From Candidatus Onthoplasma sp. (GTDB lineage: Bacteria > Bacillota > Clostridia > Christensenellales > UBA1242): a DNA stretch of 64,000 nucleotides. The notes under the pieces were generated by a model. That model had not been told where the DNA came from, did no database searches, and saw only the letters and a list, made by a program, of their open reading frames with translations. The stretch spans positions 75,953 through 139,952 of the forward strand of contig CBFGBH010000002.1 of the NCBI GenBank assembly GCA_965646995.1. The letters are read 5' to 3'. The position numbers and the translations under genes are program-made. This document shows, one piece after another, positions 63,848 through 64,000 of the stretch. The number at the start of each line of letters is the position of its first letter. Position 1 is the first letter of the stretch.

Positions 63848-63939
63848 ATTTAATCTCCTTTTTGTAGATTTACTACAATGATAGTTTGTGTCGAATTTTG
63901 TATTTAATACCTAATAATGAAGATAATTTAATTTTCATA

Positions 63940-63968
63940 TTGACAAATCAATAAGTTTAATATATAAT
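63940..63968 (+). promoter_or_regulatory. Consensus promoter for a plus-strand gene starting at 63996 (runs off the window)
   Basis: Perfect TTGACA, 17-nt spacer, TATAAT. RBS AAGGAGA and ATG at 63996. Confidence 0.7.
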
Positions 63969-64000
63969 AAATTCACACTAAAAAAGGAGACTGATATGAA

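Noticed and set aside
1-64000. CRISPR arrays, rRNA genes, IS elements, prophage modules, toxin-antitoxin pairs
   Set aside because: Reading both strands by eye, I found no regularly spaced direct repeats, no rRNA-like conserved stretches, no transposase or integrase motifs, and no small two-gene TA-like pairs. A short or degenerate array could be missed without software.

Overview
AT-rich (roughly 30% GC by eye) bacterial chromosome segment, standard genetic code, almost entirely housekeeping genes. About 60 of about 75 genes are on the minus strand. Gene order is a compressed version of Bacillus/Firmicutes synteny: rpsB-tsf-frr-uppS-cdsA-rseP-[polC slot]-rimP-nusA-ylxR-ylxQ-infB; dprA-topA-trmFO-hslVU; smc-ftsY-ylxM-ffh ... 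rpsP-KH-rimM-trmD; pcrA-ligA; rpoZ-priA-def-fmt-rlmN ... rpe-rsmE-mtaB; plsX-rnc; pta-nudix-ackA. Many genes expected in these blocks are absent (pyrH, dxr, proS, full-length polC, fabD/fabG/acpP, prpC/prkC/rsgA, rsmB, xerC). This suggests a reduced-genome Firmicute or Mollicutes-related lineage; no finer taxon can be assigned from the sequence alone. One tRNA pair (Cys-GCA, Leu-UAA) lies near the right end. I saw no rRNA, CRISPR array, transposase, integrase or prophage. Promoters are unusually easy to read (TTGACA-17-TGnTATAAT). At least five genes have this promoter placed so that transcription should start on the A of the ATG, i.e. leaderless mRNAs. The main items worth a second look are: (1) a 505-aa PolC-type OB plus DEDDh exonuclease protein in the polC slot, with no PHP or polymerase core; (2) a single-ring, D2-only Clp/Hsp100 ATPase with an unassigned N-terminal domain and a ClpC-type VGF loop, inserted between rpmF and plsX; (3) the leaderless-promoter class; (4) an IscU-like protein that has lost two of three canonical cluster-ligand cysteines, sitting in a NifS / thioredoxin / TcdA cluster; (5) a Cys/Ser/Thr/Lys-rich 86-aa ORF with its own RBS and terminator; (6) a divergent sigma-like factor with a C-terminal extension; (7) several structured leaders and a structured region 3' of ackA. 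None of these is a demonstrated new system. All need homology and structure searches that I cannot run here.
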